Below the pieces are notes generated by a model that was given only the letters and a program-made list of their open reading frames with translations, was not told the origin of the DNA and did no database searches. Below are positions 51,175-64,000 of a DNA stretch of 64,000 bases, piece by piece (position 1 is the stretch's first letter; each line of letters starts with the position of its first letter). Source of the stretch: Macrostomum lignano (lineage: Eukaryota); the NCBI GenBank assembly GCA_002269645.1, contig NIVC01000889.1, positions 310,001 through 374,000 of the forward strand, written 5' to 3'. The translations under genes and the position numbers were made by a program.

Positions 51175-54100
51175 TCCGAGATGTCTTAGATAGAAAAACA
51201 GACAAAAAGCAGACAGGAAAACAGAGAGACAGTCGAGCCCTTGGATACGACCCGTTTTTTATTTTTTCAACTGGCAGCTCGCTAATTACCAGTCAAATTT
51301 TCCCTCCCACACAACTGGAGTGGCCGCCCGCCATAGCCCATGGAATATTGAATTTCTGTGGGGCTTCGGATGCCCCGGAGGTCAGCGGGTGGGCGAGGCC
51401 GGGGTCTCTCGCCCATAGACAACTCACTCGAACTTCTTCTTTGCGGACCCCATCGGGAACAACAGGTGTTGGGGTTGAATTTGAAAGGTCTATATTGGCC
51501 TGTGTGTATATAAGGAGGCAGGCGAGTCATTATTGTATTTGACTGACTCAAAAAACCCCATTGACTAGCTATCGACGGGGGTTGGCGGTGCAGGGCCTGG
51601 CAATTCAGTTCGGCGATATTAAAATCGAGCGCGCACACACACGGTGAGGGACTTTGCGGTGGCAAATGTTTTTTGTGTGTGTGGTTGAGTTGGGGCAGGC
51701 GGCAAACCAGCTGCCGCTCGACAGCCGAGGGCCGCCTCCCACATTTGAGTGGGAGAAGAAAGATGAGCTCCATCAATCTCTAATGGAGGCAGTTGGCCCT
51801 CTGGTGGTTGAGCGAGAAACCAAACCCTGTGTGGCCTGTGGCCTGTCTGTTGCCCGGCCCCTGAGGGCACTGAAGGCCGCAGAATTCCGCCTCTCTTGAC
51901 TCATTTTTTGACACCTACTCGGAGTTGGGGGGGGGTTTAGCCGCGAGGATATTAAGACAAAGGACTATCGGTAATATGCATATTGAACCTGAGTTAGAAT
52001 TACGGTTTTATCCTCAGTTAAAGAGAATGCCGATGGTAAAAGGCCAATATAAGCATGGAATGGGAAGGGGGGGGGCGAAATTGAGGAAAAATCACGGACT
52101 AAGATTCCCAATTCCTAGCGATCCGGCCTTCCATGCAGCCCCCCAGCATGTCCCCTAACAACAAGTTCAGGACAGGTTCAGAAATCATTGAACTGTTTGC
52201 TCTTTGATAAGCGGGCCGGCGGCTGGCCCTGCTATTAGGAGGGAGGCATTGTCATGACTAACGGACAGCTCACCTGCATGGGGGAGTCTGCACTGCTGCG
52301 GTATGCATGCCCGCCCAGTCGGTGTTGGTCGGTTTTTTGGTCAACTTTCGACAACTTTGCTTAGTAAATTTATGCAAAATAAATTCCTGAAATTTCGCCG
52401 GCTTCATAATCTGCTTTGATATTTCTGTTGCTCCCCGTCCCCCCGTCTCCCCGCATTTTTCCCCGCAAAAAAATGCATTTTTCAAACGGGACGGGTGGCA
52501 GTTGAAGCCTGGGCTTGTCAAATCATCTGCATTGCCTTTAACTCGTTTCAGGTTTTTGACTAGCTAAACCATCATGTTTGAACTATGTAAACTGCCCTGG
52601 AACCTGGAACTGGGAGCAGAAAATCTTCCAACTAATCCCTGATTTTCAGTTTTTTACTAATTAGAACTTTTTTCACACAGTTGAGACGCTCGAGACTTTT
52701 CGCTAAAAAGGTCTGCACGTACAGAGAGACCCTCATGAGAGCCGATTTCAAACCCAAATGCTGGACGCGTGGATCCCGGGGTGTCGGATGGCGGGCCTTT
52801 GGTTTGGCTTTCTATGCCACAGAAGTTCCAACAATTCCCCATGAATCATGATCCCTGTCTGCTTAGCTGTTTGGTACTTGTTCGTAGAAGTACTGGTGCA
52901 CTGTGTTATAACTATTGTTAATATTAATATTCGCTAGCCAGAGTCTAGCCATGAGTTTGTGTATATATTAGTAATACACACAGCGTCAGGATATTAGTGG
53001 TGTCTGCATAACTTTGCACCACTTTTATTGCAGCCTGAGTCTCCAGTTTATAATATTTGTTCTGTTTCGCGTTCATATTCAAGCCCGCGTTTTCGGTTCG
53101 CTGAAAAAAGCAACATGGTATTAGGGACTGGGAGTTGTGTTTCTTTTACAAAAAATGTGCGACAATACTTGACAAGGGACACCGGGAGACTGGGGTTCTT
53201 TCTTAAAAAAGTCTGCATCAGCATCAGTTCGGGTCCCCCGGCTTCTGATACGTGATTTCGACTGCAAATAAAAAAATTTAATCTTGTGCATTTTCTCTCC
53301 CGTTACTTCGTGGTCACCCGGCGCAAGTTGGGCAACTTCAGGTTTTCTTTATAAAGCAGAGATTGACAAGCAGCAGCAGCAGCAGAGTGACAGCTGCCCT
53401 GCTGCGTCCCCATCAGTTCCTGAGAGTGTAATTTGCACAAATATACCCCAGGAGAGAAGAGACCGTCATGCAATGCCCATTCCTTTCTAATGGCTTTCAA
53501 AGTCACACTATATCTCCATCCTAGTGTCCCTCTTCCCGCATCGACACACACTTTTCACAATCTGTGTCTCCACTTTCTCTTTTCTATAATAATAATAACT
53601 ATAGTAATAATAATATACTTGCGATTCTCCGTGTTCACCTTGGCCGGAAGTGTGTCATTTGAGAGTTCTGCTGCTGCTGCTGCTGCAGTTTAATTTGACC
53701 TGTCGCCAAGGGGGGGGGGGGTCTGGCCAGCCTCTGACAGGCAGCCTCCGTGACTTTAGGGCGCAATTTTCTCTGGGACATCTCTCCCTAATCGTCCCCT
53801 CTTCCCATCCTCTCCCCGCCAGCCAGACCTGCTCTTCCCTTCTAGTCCGGCCAGGTGATTTTGCGAGAGGGAAATTTCGCATGTCGGAAGTCCCCATGAA
53901 TTGCGCCATCTCCCCATCAGGCTCCAAGGCGCTCGGAAATCGGTCATTTCTCAGCCTGCCAGAGTTTTTGTCCATAGGGCTAAAATAATTCTTCTCGGTA
54001 GAATTTGGGCCAGAAAGGGAGGAAGCTACACTTAGGAGGCTGGAAGAGGAGCGAACTCGTGTCCGGTCTGTAGCGGCCCCTTAGCTACACCGGATGGCGG

Positions 54101-57100
54101 ATGGAGCTTTCGGCCCATTACCGAGCTCCCGCCTCATCCCAGCCTCGGGCTAAGCTGCGGAGGCTGAATTTCCCACCTTACTTCTTCCGCAAGCTTTTCA
54201 AATTTTTTTGCCAGAAATCTTCCGATAAAGAGAGACCAAGAGAGGCAGAGAGGCTGTTCCGCAAAGGAGGGGAGCCGCTGTAGGGATATAGTATTTATCA
54301 CAAATCCGATGTTGGCTGAAAGCTGATCGAATCCGCAACATCCCACTTTCCTCTTTATAGAGCCCGGAGCTTTCGCTTTGGTCAATTGCAATGTGTGCCG
54401 CACCTTCGCGCACAGCCTACCGAGGCAACACCCCCCCCCCCTAATGCTGGGCTCTAAACGTAAACAGAGGGCCCAGCATGGACAGACCTGTTTACTTGTT
54501 TATCTCATTTCACCGCAGCCCACTGCGCATAACTCTTGGATTGCCTGTAGGCAATCGGTTTTTAAGCTTCTTTGGCACCTTCGGGATGATCTGTAAGCGG
54601 TTGCTGCTGCTGCTACTATGCAAGGAAAGAGTCGAGCTGCTTTGGATGAAAAGACAGGGAGGTGGGTAATAGTTGATACCCCCTGCTGTTCCCCTCCCAG
54701 CCTGTACAGGTAGCGGCAAATATGAAAGGAAGAGGCATGGAGAAAAAACATGATGGCAAAATCTGTTTAGTAGGAGTTGACAATCACGAACCGGTTGAAA
54801 ACTATGAATGCCGCTCAGTGTGTTTGAAAGGCCCTTTGGACAAACAGTCTTAGCTACTGTTCTCAGCTTACACACTGCGAGCTAAGTGTACGCAGATATG
54901 AAGACCAAGCGCTGCAGTGTCCTGTCTTCTTTGTATGAATCCTTCATCTGTGCATCAGACTCCTACAAACATGGCGAGTCGATGGAGAGTTGGACAACTC
55001 TTTGCGCACCGTATGGATCAAATCAGGAGAAGGTGCGAGTCCATAGCGTACTCAGATATATATGGGAACTGGATATGTTTCTTCTCAAGCAGGAGCCACT
55101 AACTTGATCCGACTTGCATCGCTGGCACGCGTGTTACTCAATACCTTTGATCGGTCTGCCGTTTAGACAGCCCACATTGGGACAGGCAAAGGCGCAACAC
55201 GCGACACTCAGTACCCGAGGCAGCAGTAGGGGGCAAGGAGGCGACCCTCTTCTTGATAATCCGACACCTGCGGCCCTCGTCCCAGCCTTCCGTTCGTGCA
55301 GGGTTTTTGGGGTGTCTCTTTTTGTTATAGTTGACGACGTTAATGCTTGCTGCCAGGGCGCTTATTGGCGGCCCCTCCCCGAACGCCTGATGCTCCTGTC
55401 CCAATTTGCGGACACCCGCGCCGCCGCACCGGGGGCTGCCGGCTGGGCCTCGAAGGGGGGGGGGTCGACCTTAGATGCGATGATTTTTTTGCTTCTTTTT
55501 TGAGGTTGGGAGGTCCCGCTGCGACGCGGCCAAGGCAGACAGTCAGACTAACGGACGGACAGACAGTCAGACAGACAAGTATAGGACTCTTCGAGACCTA
55601 CACTGGGTATAGGGGGCACACGGTGCTGCTTTTACCGGGAGAATTTTTGTGTCAAAGAAGAAACGGCTTGCTTTATGCAGACAGCGACTTCAACAGTAAG
55701 CCGCTACTGCCGCCCACTGTCGCCTCCCCAAGGGAGCTGCATACATTTCAAGGCGCGCAATTCTTAGCAGCGTTAGCAGCAGCGGATTTTTTTAATTAGT
55801 TGTTTTAAGAAATTGTCGCTTCCATTGGGGAGGCCAAGGATCTGGAGTAGGCTTAGATTCCCCAATTGGGAATTGAGCAGTCATCGTTTTACGACAAACC
55901 GCATCATATTTTATAATCATGCTCAACGGTACAATTGATGCGCCATATAGTTTTTTGAAAAAATCATTTCTCGGCGCCACAGGTTCTAAAAAAATCTCTT
56001 TCCACTTTATAGCCCTGCGTTTGCTCCAAAAGTTTTTCAGGTTTTTCTGAACCTAAAAAATTCTAGAGATTTTGTTCCCCTGCTTAACCCGGACGACCGG
56101 CTTTCGATATGCTGCCTGGGGTCTGGCTTCCAGTTTCGAGAGTTGCCTCCCGCGGGGTCAGGAGACGGAGGTACCGAATTTCTGTCCTCTATTGTGGACA
56201 TTGCATCAAGACTCTTCAAGAGGAGGCGGAGAGAGAGAGAGACAGAAGCTGCTTCTGCATGGTCCTGCAGGTCCCGCGCGCCCCCACGGCTCTGACGCAT
56301 TCTGAACCAAAGCTGCACAAAAACTGCAACACATCAGTTTGTTGCGGCCTCTGAGACCGCAGCCACAGTATAATGGGCCCCAGTGATAGCTAGTGCTACA
56401 GGACTTTAGGAGAGAAATGCGAAAGGTTACCAAAGGCAGCCTACCTACAGTGTATATATAAGTCTAATAAGAGCATGACTGTAGCGGACTCTGTACTGTG
56501 GGTTACCCGCGGCAGCAAAAAGGCCATGCAATAAAGAGATGGAATCTGTTTGTTGCAGTTTTGAAATTTAATGAAGATTTGCCTGCATTTTTTTCCTGCG
56601 CGCTGCAAACGGGGTTTTACATTGTTACACAGGGGGTATTCTGGTGCGGTGCACGGATATACTCAACACAGCTTTCATCGTCTTAGCCTTCGTATTGTGA
56701 TGCATTAATTTGATTTCCCTGGACCACTTCTTGGGACCGCGGCTTTATCAAGCACTGTATGGCAACAAAACCGATCCCATATCATACCCTCCCGGCCCCT
56801 ATGTCATTGACTCTGTATATATATTAAGAAGTCAATTTCCATAAATTTAGATTCAATCGACCGATTAATATATATATGGAAGTCTCAATGACTGAACGCT
56901 TGAAATCGTAAAATATTGGGGCCACATCTGGCCAGTGGTGGTGGGGCACAGTTTCAAATCAATTTTCTTTTGCAGACTCAATGAGCTGTGTGTTGTTTCT
57001 CTAATGTGCTCTGCTCTCTATGAGAATTCTGAGAGCCGCGGTTCATGTGGCCACAGGTGCAAGCCGGCGGGGCGTTGGGCACCAGGTCGACACAAAAAAA

Positions 57101-58922
57101 CTCATTTTTCATTATTAAATTCTTCCAAACGACTGAGCTGGACTGGGGCATCTATTTAGACATAGGCGCGATAATAGAGGGGTCAGGCAGAGGGTTTGGA
57201 CCCTAAACAGAGGTGTGACAGCCTGACAGGATCCAAAACTGACTGACTGTAAGGCGACAGAAGGTCCTTCCTGTTCCTCCTGTCTACAGGTTTTTTTCTT
57301 CCATAATGAGATGTGTGGGATATGGCTCTGTGCTATGCAGCCTAGTTGAGCTGGTTCTGGCTCACCGATTACGTAATAGCACACTTTATTGTCGAGCTTT
57401 TTTGCACAGCGGCCAAGCCACCGAGAACCCCCCCCCATTTCCCGCTCTCAACACGGATAAATTCTGGCCCTGTGTTCCCTTGCCGCCGCCCTTATCGAGA
57501 GCTTGGGCCGCCGTACTCGAGATTCGAGCTTGGGAGTCCCTGCGCTCCCCCAAGCCAGGCTGGGGACTGTCTGCGGCTCTGTGGGAAGCCGAAACCTGCT
57601 CGCGCCCTCGACTATGCATAACTGCACCAACTCGCCCATATCGGGGTCGCCAAATTCGAGATAAAAAACCATATAAATGCCGGCCATTCCTCCTGCCTAT
57701 CTGTGTGTTTCTAAGACGCATTTATAGGTGAGCGGTGGACCCTCGTGCCAAGCCCATATTATTCAGCTCCCTGTGTATAGTTATGTTTCAAACATGGGGT
57801 AAGGAACAAAGACTATAGATCATATAGGTCCATGCCAACAAAGAGTCAACGCACAGGAAACAGTTGCCAAAAAAATAAGATTCGCCCATGAACCCCCAGC
57901 TCCTCTTTCTCTCTGCCTGGGAATATTATATTTCAATTTACTTGTGTCTTGCTGTTGTCTATAGAATTTATTATATTTTTGAAAGACAATCTCTGGGAAG
58001 GCCGCATCGCTTGGCCGTGACGTGACTTGCCATCTCCGCACGGAAACCTGCTCAGCTGATGAGCAGGCCCGATTGAAACTCGAAACTGCCACAGCTCACA
58101 TCTCTCTCTTTCTCAGTTTTTCTTTGGTCTGATGATTGTAAGCGGTTTGTGGTTCTGGTGAAGGACTGCAATCTCAATCAAGAATTCGAACTATAGTTGG
58201 TAACTTTGTTGCTACGCAAGTTATTCGAGGAGTAAACTATGAGCGTATCGACGAATTGATAGAAAAATGGAATCAACAATTTTATTTAGCTTTTTTGCAT
58301 TTACAAGCTTCCTATCCTACGAGTATAAAGTCTATAAAATAATAGCCAATAGGCCCAATAGGTACTTGTGCACCTGAAAATGAATTCTGCTCGATAAAGC
58401 TCAAAGTTCCAAGTCCTTATTGAATTAATGCTGGTCACAGTTTCAGCTGGGTCTACAGTACAGCCCCGACAGATTATGCATGGTCTAACTTGAGCTAGCT
58501 GTATGGTCACTTGCTGTGGTCAGATAGACAGACAGATAGTAAAGTTATGAACTCACGAGCTACAGACTTTATTTTGTGTAAAGTCAGCAGTTTTTTCTTA
58601 TTATTAGCATTCCATATACCCAAGCCGAAACCATAATGCAGGCCTTTGACCAAAGTGGAAGTTGCTTTTTGCTTTTTGCTTTTTGCTTTTCTAGAAAATT
58701 TCGTGTGGCGCCCCCGAATAGTTTGGGAGAATGGCTCGCCCTCGCCGTTCGTGGGAACTCCCCCCTTCCCCCCTAGCCAGTGAGCCAGCCAACCCTGGAC
58801 AGCCTCGACTGCCCACTGGTCAGCTCCGTGCGGCCGCCCGCGCAATCATTTAAAATAACGAATTTTTTGGGGCATTGCCAATCTTATAGTATCTTAGATG
58901 CAAAATGCAAAGAGGATCTTAC

Positions 58923-59034
58923 CTGTTTGCGAATTGAAACTCTCCGAATTTCGCTGCAGCTGTTCCTCAGAACCTGTAGACTCCGAATCCGAATTGAGTT
59001 GCGTAGGCCTGTCCTGTTTTCTACGGGATGCCAT
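58923..59034 (-). CDS. BCL11: BCL11-like exon 1 with NuRD/RBBP4-binding motif
   Basis: MASRRKQDRPTQL matches MSRRKQxxPxx(L/I). Donor CAG|GTAAGA, phase 1, joins exon 2 in frame; total CDS 2751 nt, ~916 aa. Confidence 0.88.
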
Positions 59035-59826
59035 TTCCAACTGGCAACATGGCACGCTTGCGAGAGGCCGCTCTACTTCGAAATCACTTGCCCGGCCACC
59101 TCCCGGCTTCTTCTAGTAGAGGAGAGAAGGGTGGAAATGTTTTTTAAAAGCCGCACAGAGAAGGGGAACCTGCCCGGTTGGCCAGGGAGAGGGGAGGAGC
59201 CGGCGGCCTTGAGGTGGTCCAGTTGGTCCGGCGATTGGCTGGCAGACGGACAGCCGCAAACATGCAACAGACAGGCGGACAAAGAATTCACAGACTGGCC
59301 TGTTCGCTGGGTCTTTTTTCTGTCTGTATTCGGTAATTTCTGCTCAATATAAATCTGCTCGTTGATTTTTCTTTTACCTTTTTCTCTACTAAATGACCAT
59401 GTCAAATTAGAGAATTTGGAGAATTACTGCTCCGTAGATAGAAGCCATTTATTTTAGTTACGAAAACGTGCCACACTGTGCTGTCCGCAAGCGGCCACTG
59501 TACTGCCGGCCGTGCCAGGTGGGGTGGGGGCCGCCCGAGCCCCTGCGCCCGGGCCAATGGACCGCCAGACCAATCAGTGGCTCTCGGTCGGTCCAGGGGA
59601 AGGGGCAGGGCAGGGGACCCCGTCGACGCCACTTCCCCAAGGCAGCTTTTTCCCTCCAAAATCTTCCCAGCCATTTTTTCGGTCTTAGCATTGGTCAGGT
59701 GGCCGAGTGGGAGGAGGCGGGGGGAGATAAAACGATACGGGAAGGTGAGTTCTCCAGCGGACAGAGAGAGACATACTACTATACGAGGTGGGTCCAGTAG
59801 CATGCGACGAATATATGCAAATTAAC

Positions 59827-60668
<842 letters not shown>

Positions 60669-61364
60669 CTCATACTGCATCCGGTTTACCAGGTGGCCCC
60701 CAGGTGTGAAGCGCGTGTCACCCCGGTTCCGCATGCAGTCCTCGCTCCTTACTCCCCTATTTTCTCTCATCGGCAATCCTCCGACAACAATGAACCAAGA
60801 GGATTTTCAAGAATTATAAATTAGCTCTCAGATTTGGCAAGGCACCCATTGTCCTCAATGATAGGCGGGGCTCGGAGTCACTCGAGTTTGAAGGTCGCTC
60901 AGCTTCTTAAGCGCACTTATGAATCGCCCAGAGCATCAAATCTGCCCCGCAACCCTCAGCTCGACCCTGCAATTTTATTTTTTAACCAGTGATCTTAATA
61001 ATGAAAAAAATGGACGGCTCAATTAAAAATGTAGTTGCCATGCCGCACCAGCGATAGTTCACAGGAGTCGTCTTCCTTTTTGTTGCAACGCAAAACCGTG
61101 ACTTCGCTTCTGACCCCAAAATCTGCTTTCCACAATGCTCAGACCGAATCGCCTCGGGGTGGCTTTTAATAGTCGCTCGGGTCGCTCGTAGAGCAGATGT
61201 TGAAGCCCGTTATTCCGAATTTATATTTCATTGATGCACTGAGCTGGCCAGAGAAGTTCTACCTCGCTATTCTCTTTTTTCTCTACTTACTGTCTCACCA
61301 TTTCTCACTACACAGCTGGTTGTTCTCCCGCCCTGTTATCTTCTCTTTTCTCTTCCCACTCCGC

Positions 61365-62330
61365 CATCTCTCCCTCTCCATTTTCCCTCTTCCTCTCTCC
61401 CACTCTCCCACTCTCCCACTCTCCCACTCTCCACTTCTCTCCCACTCTCCCCCTCTCCACCTCTCTCCCACTCTCCCCCTCTCCACCTCTCTCCCACTCT
61501 CCCCCTCTCCACCTCTCTCCCACTCTCCCCCTCCACCTCTCTCCCACTCTCCCCCTCTCCACCTCTCTCCCACTCTCCCCCTCTCCCCTCTCTCCCACTC
61601 TCCCCCTCTCCACCTCTCTCCCACTCTCCCCCTCTCCACCTCTCTCCCACTCTCCCCCTCTCCACCTCTCTCCCACTCTCCCCTCTCCACCTCTCTCCCA
61701 CTCTCCCCTCTCCACCTCTCTCTCCCACTCTCCCCCTCTCCACCTCTCTCCCACTCTCCCCTCTCCACCTCTCTCCCACTCTCCCCCTCTCCACCTCTCT
61801 CCCACTCTCCCCCTTTTCACCTCTCTCCCACTCTCCCCCTCTCCACCTCTCTCCCACTCTCCCCCTCTCCACCTCTCTCCCACTCTCCCCCTCTCCACCT
61901 CTCTCTCCCACTCTCCCCCTCTCCACCTCTCTCCCACTCTCCCCCTCTCCACCTCTCTCCCACTCTCCCCCTCTCCACCTCTCTCCCACTCTCCCCTCTC
62001 CACCTCTCTCTCCCACTCTCCCCCTCCACCTCTCTCCCACTCTCCCCTCTCCACCTCTCTCCCACTCTCCCCCTCTCCACCTCTCTCCCACTCTCTACCT
62101 CTCTCCCACTCTCCACCTCTCTCCCACTCTCTACCTCTCCACCTCTCTCCCACTCTCCACCTCTCTCCCACTCTCCCCCTCTCCACCTCTCTCCCACTCT
62201 CTCCCACTCTCCCCCTCTCCACCACTCTCCCCCTCTCCACCTCTCTCCCACTCTCCCCCTCTCCACCTCTCTCCCACTCTCTACCTCTCTCCCACTCTCC
62301 CCCTCTCTCCCACTCTCCCCCACTCTTTCT
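61365..62330. repeat. Polypyrimidine/polypurine minisatellite, ~26-bp unit CCACTCTCCCCCTCTCCACCTCTCTC
   Basis: About 35 copies; almost no G on the + strand. Confidence 0.95.
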
Positions 62331-63044
62331 CTACCTAGTCTTCCTATCTCTTCCTCTTATCTCTCTGCCTCACTCTCTCGTCGCCTCTCTCCCCTAGCTC
62401 TCTCATATCCGTCTTCTGTCTGTTCCTCTGAGTGCGACTTCGGTACGATCCTGCAGCCAGCAGTCAGATCTTTCTTCTCGTCACTCGCTGAGCTGAAAGA
62501 GCTGAACTCTTACCGCTCGTACGAGTAGTCTCTAGAAGAAGCTGTGCTCGGTTTAACATTGAAGTGTCAAAAAAACGTAAGCGCTCCTCCTTCTTAACGC
62601 TCTCTTCTCTTTTAGTCAGCGAAACAATAAACTGAGAGACTGGTTCAGACCAGAGGAACAAATTCTAACTACAATGACAGCTTTGTGGGCGAGACTCTAA
62701 AGAAAAGGTTGTCAACTGTCAAGTCAAGTGTACAAGCCTTTCTGGTATTGTATTTTTTAAACAAAAAAAGTTTGCACGGGCGCTGGGACACTCGATGATA
62801 TTGATCCCACACTGGTCCGCTCTCGGTCCAGTGAGTTTTGGATTGCCCATCAGAGTCATCAAGTGAGCTTTGTGCGAACATGGGGTTTATATATGTTTAT
62901 ATATTTAATTTTAATATTCTGTCTGCTCTAAGCAGCTAGGAATACTACTGTGAGTAGAAATATAGCCATAGGTATAAAAATATAAACGATAGTTTATCCG
63001 AAGAAATAGGTGCTGCTGGTCAAAGTGTATATCTGTCTAATTGT

Positions 63045-63450
63045 TTGTCTAAGTGTCTGTCTAGTGTCTTTTTAAGTGTCTTAATGTCTGCCTTGGTGCC
63101 TCTCTCAGTGTCTGTGCTAGTGTCTGTCTTAATGTCTGTCTTAGTGCCTGTCTTAGTGCCTGTCTTAGTGTCTGTATTAGTGTCCGCCTCAATGTCTGTT
63201 CTAATGTCTCAGTGTCTGTCTTAGTACCTTGTCTGTCTTAGTGTCTTTCTAAGTGTCTGTCTTAGTGTCTTTCTATGTGTCTGTCTTAGTGTCTTTCTAA
63301 GTGTCTGCCTTAGTGTCTGTCTCAGTGCCTGTCTCAGTGTCTGTCTCAGTGCCTGTCTCAGTGCCTGTCTCAGTGTCTGTCTCAGTGTCTGTTTCAGTGC
63401 CTGTCTCAGTGCCTGTCTCAGTGCCTGTCTCAGTGTCTGTCTATCTCAGT
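63045..63450. repeat. 12-bp repeat (T/C)AGTG(T/C)CTGTCT, downstream of the iGluR stop
   Basis: Degenerate at the left, homogeneous at 63310-63435. Confidence 0.9.
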
Positions 63451-63471
63451 GTCTTCCTGTCTATCAGCCTG

Positions 63472-63742
63472 TCAGTACAGCACGCAGTCAGCGGGCTGCC
63501 GGTGCCCCAGCCGAGTCCAGGCCAGCTCCATCAGCAGGATGCAGACTCCGATGCTGTACAGACCGCCCACCAGCAGCAGGCAGCCGCCCACCCTGTCCAG
63601 TCCGATGGATGCCGCTTCGGTCGCTGCAGCGCCGCTGCCCCCGCCGCTGCTCACATCGCAGCCGTCGCCCCTGGACTTGGCGAAGTCCACATACTCGTCC
63701 AGCAGTTTCTGCAGCAGCCCCGACTCGCGCAACTTCTGCAGA
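63472..63742 (-). CDS. Ionotropic glutamate receptor-family gene, probable last coding exon (end of S2, linker Cys, M4, short tail); 5' part outside window
   Basis: LQKLRESGLLQKLLDEY...GDGC...ASIGLDRVGGCLLLVGGLYSIGVCILLMELAW fits the L.E.G.L.KL...C...L....GG.F.....M4..E pattern. CTGCAG| acceptor at 63743. Subfamily not assignable. Confidence 0.8.
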
Positions 63743-63804
63743 CTGCAGGTTTTTTGGGGGCTCGCTTTCGCTCTTCCAGAAGAAGTAAAAGTAATTGGTG
63801 AGCC

Positions 63805-64000
63805 CTAATTACCGAAATCGACTTCCCTAATTTCCCTAATCGGCTTCCCTAATTCCACCCTAATCGACTTCCCTAATCCCCCCTAATCGACTTCCCTAAT
63901 CCCCCCTAATCGACTTCCCTGATTCCCCCTAATCGACTTCCCTGATTCCCCCTAATCGACTTCCCTAATTTCCCCTAATCGACTTCCCTAATTCCACCCT
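63805..64000. repeat. Minisatellite, ~22-24-bp unit CCCCCTAATCGACTTCCCTAAT in the iGluR intron (runs off window end)
   Basis: About 8 copies, each with up to two CCCTAA hexamers. Confidence 0.93.

Noticed and set aside
52274-52390. Minus-strand FQEFILHKFTKQSC resembling the second half of BCL11 ZF0, followed by a strong CAG|GTGAGC donor at 52273
   Set aside because: No CxxC at the right spacing, AT-rich codons unlike true exons, and phases (0/2) incompatible with the flanking phase-1 exons. Could still be a non-coding or split exon; cDNA needed.
62510-62531. Possible extra iGluR terminal exon (DYSYER*) after acceptor CTTCTTCTAG
   Set aside because: Needs a weak donor (CT|GTACTG) just before the in-frame stop at 63472; no supporting homology.

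Overview
Eukaryotic (metazoan) genomic DNA, not prokaryotic. It has spliced genes with GT-AG introns, GC3-rich exons with poly-A/Q/G/P runs, and about 30 different tandem arrays covering roughly 24 kb (~38%). The style most resembles a Macrostomum-type flatworm genome, which is inference only. Four genes could be reconstructed by hand with phase-consistent splice sites. (1) DCP2, mRNA-decapping Nudix enzyme, + strand, 2 exons (162-539, 1075-2223); it has no in-frame ATG of its own upstream of Box A. (2) CLASRP/SFRS16, SR-related splicing regulator, + strand, 14 coding exons (7510-35534, ~822 aa). (3) A BCL11-family zinc-finger gene, - strand, 3 coding exons (59034-58923, 47748-47590, 46989-44510; ~916 aa). 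It keeps the NuRD-binding motif, ZF1 and the C-terminal triplet but apparently lacks ZF0 and the central ZF2-3 pair. (4) The last exon (S2-M4) of an ionotropic glutamate receptor-family gene, - strand, continuing beyond the window. The most unusual feature is that almost every longer intron and intergenic gap holds its own minisatellite. Several arrays are amplifications of RNA-processing signals: ~25 AATAAA in hairpin loops after DCP2, ~20 perfect CAG|GTGAGT sites behind a weak CLASRP donor, and arrays of 3' splice-site-like units. No CRISPR, rRNA, tRNA or recognisable transposase/RT was seen. Most long ORFs in the supplied track are repeat artefacts. All coordinates, copy counts and homology comparisons were made by eye from recalled family sequences.
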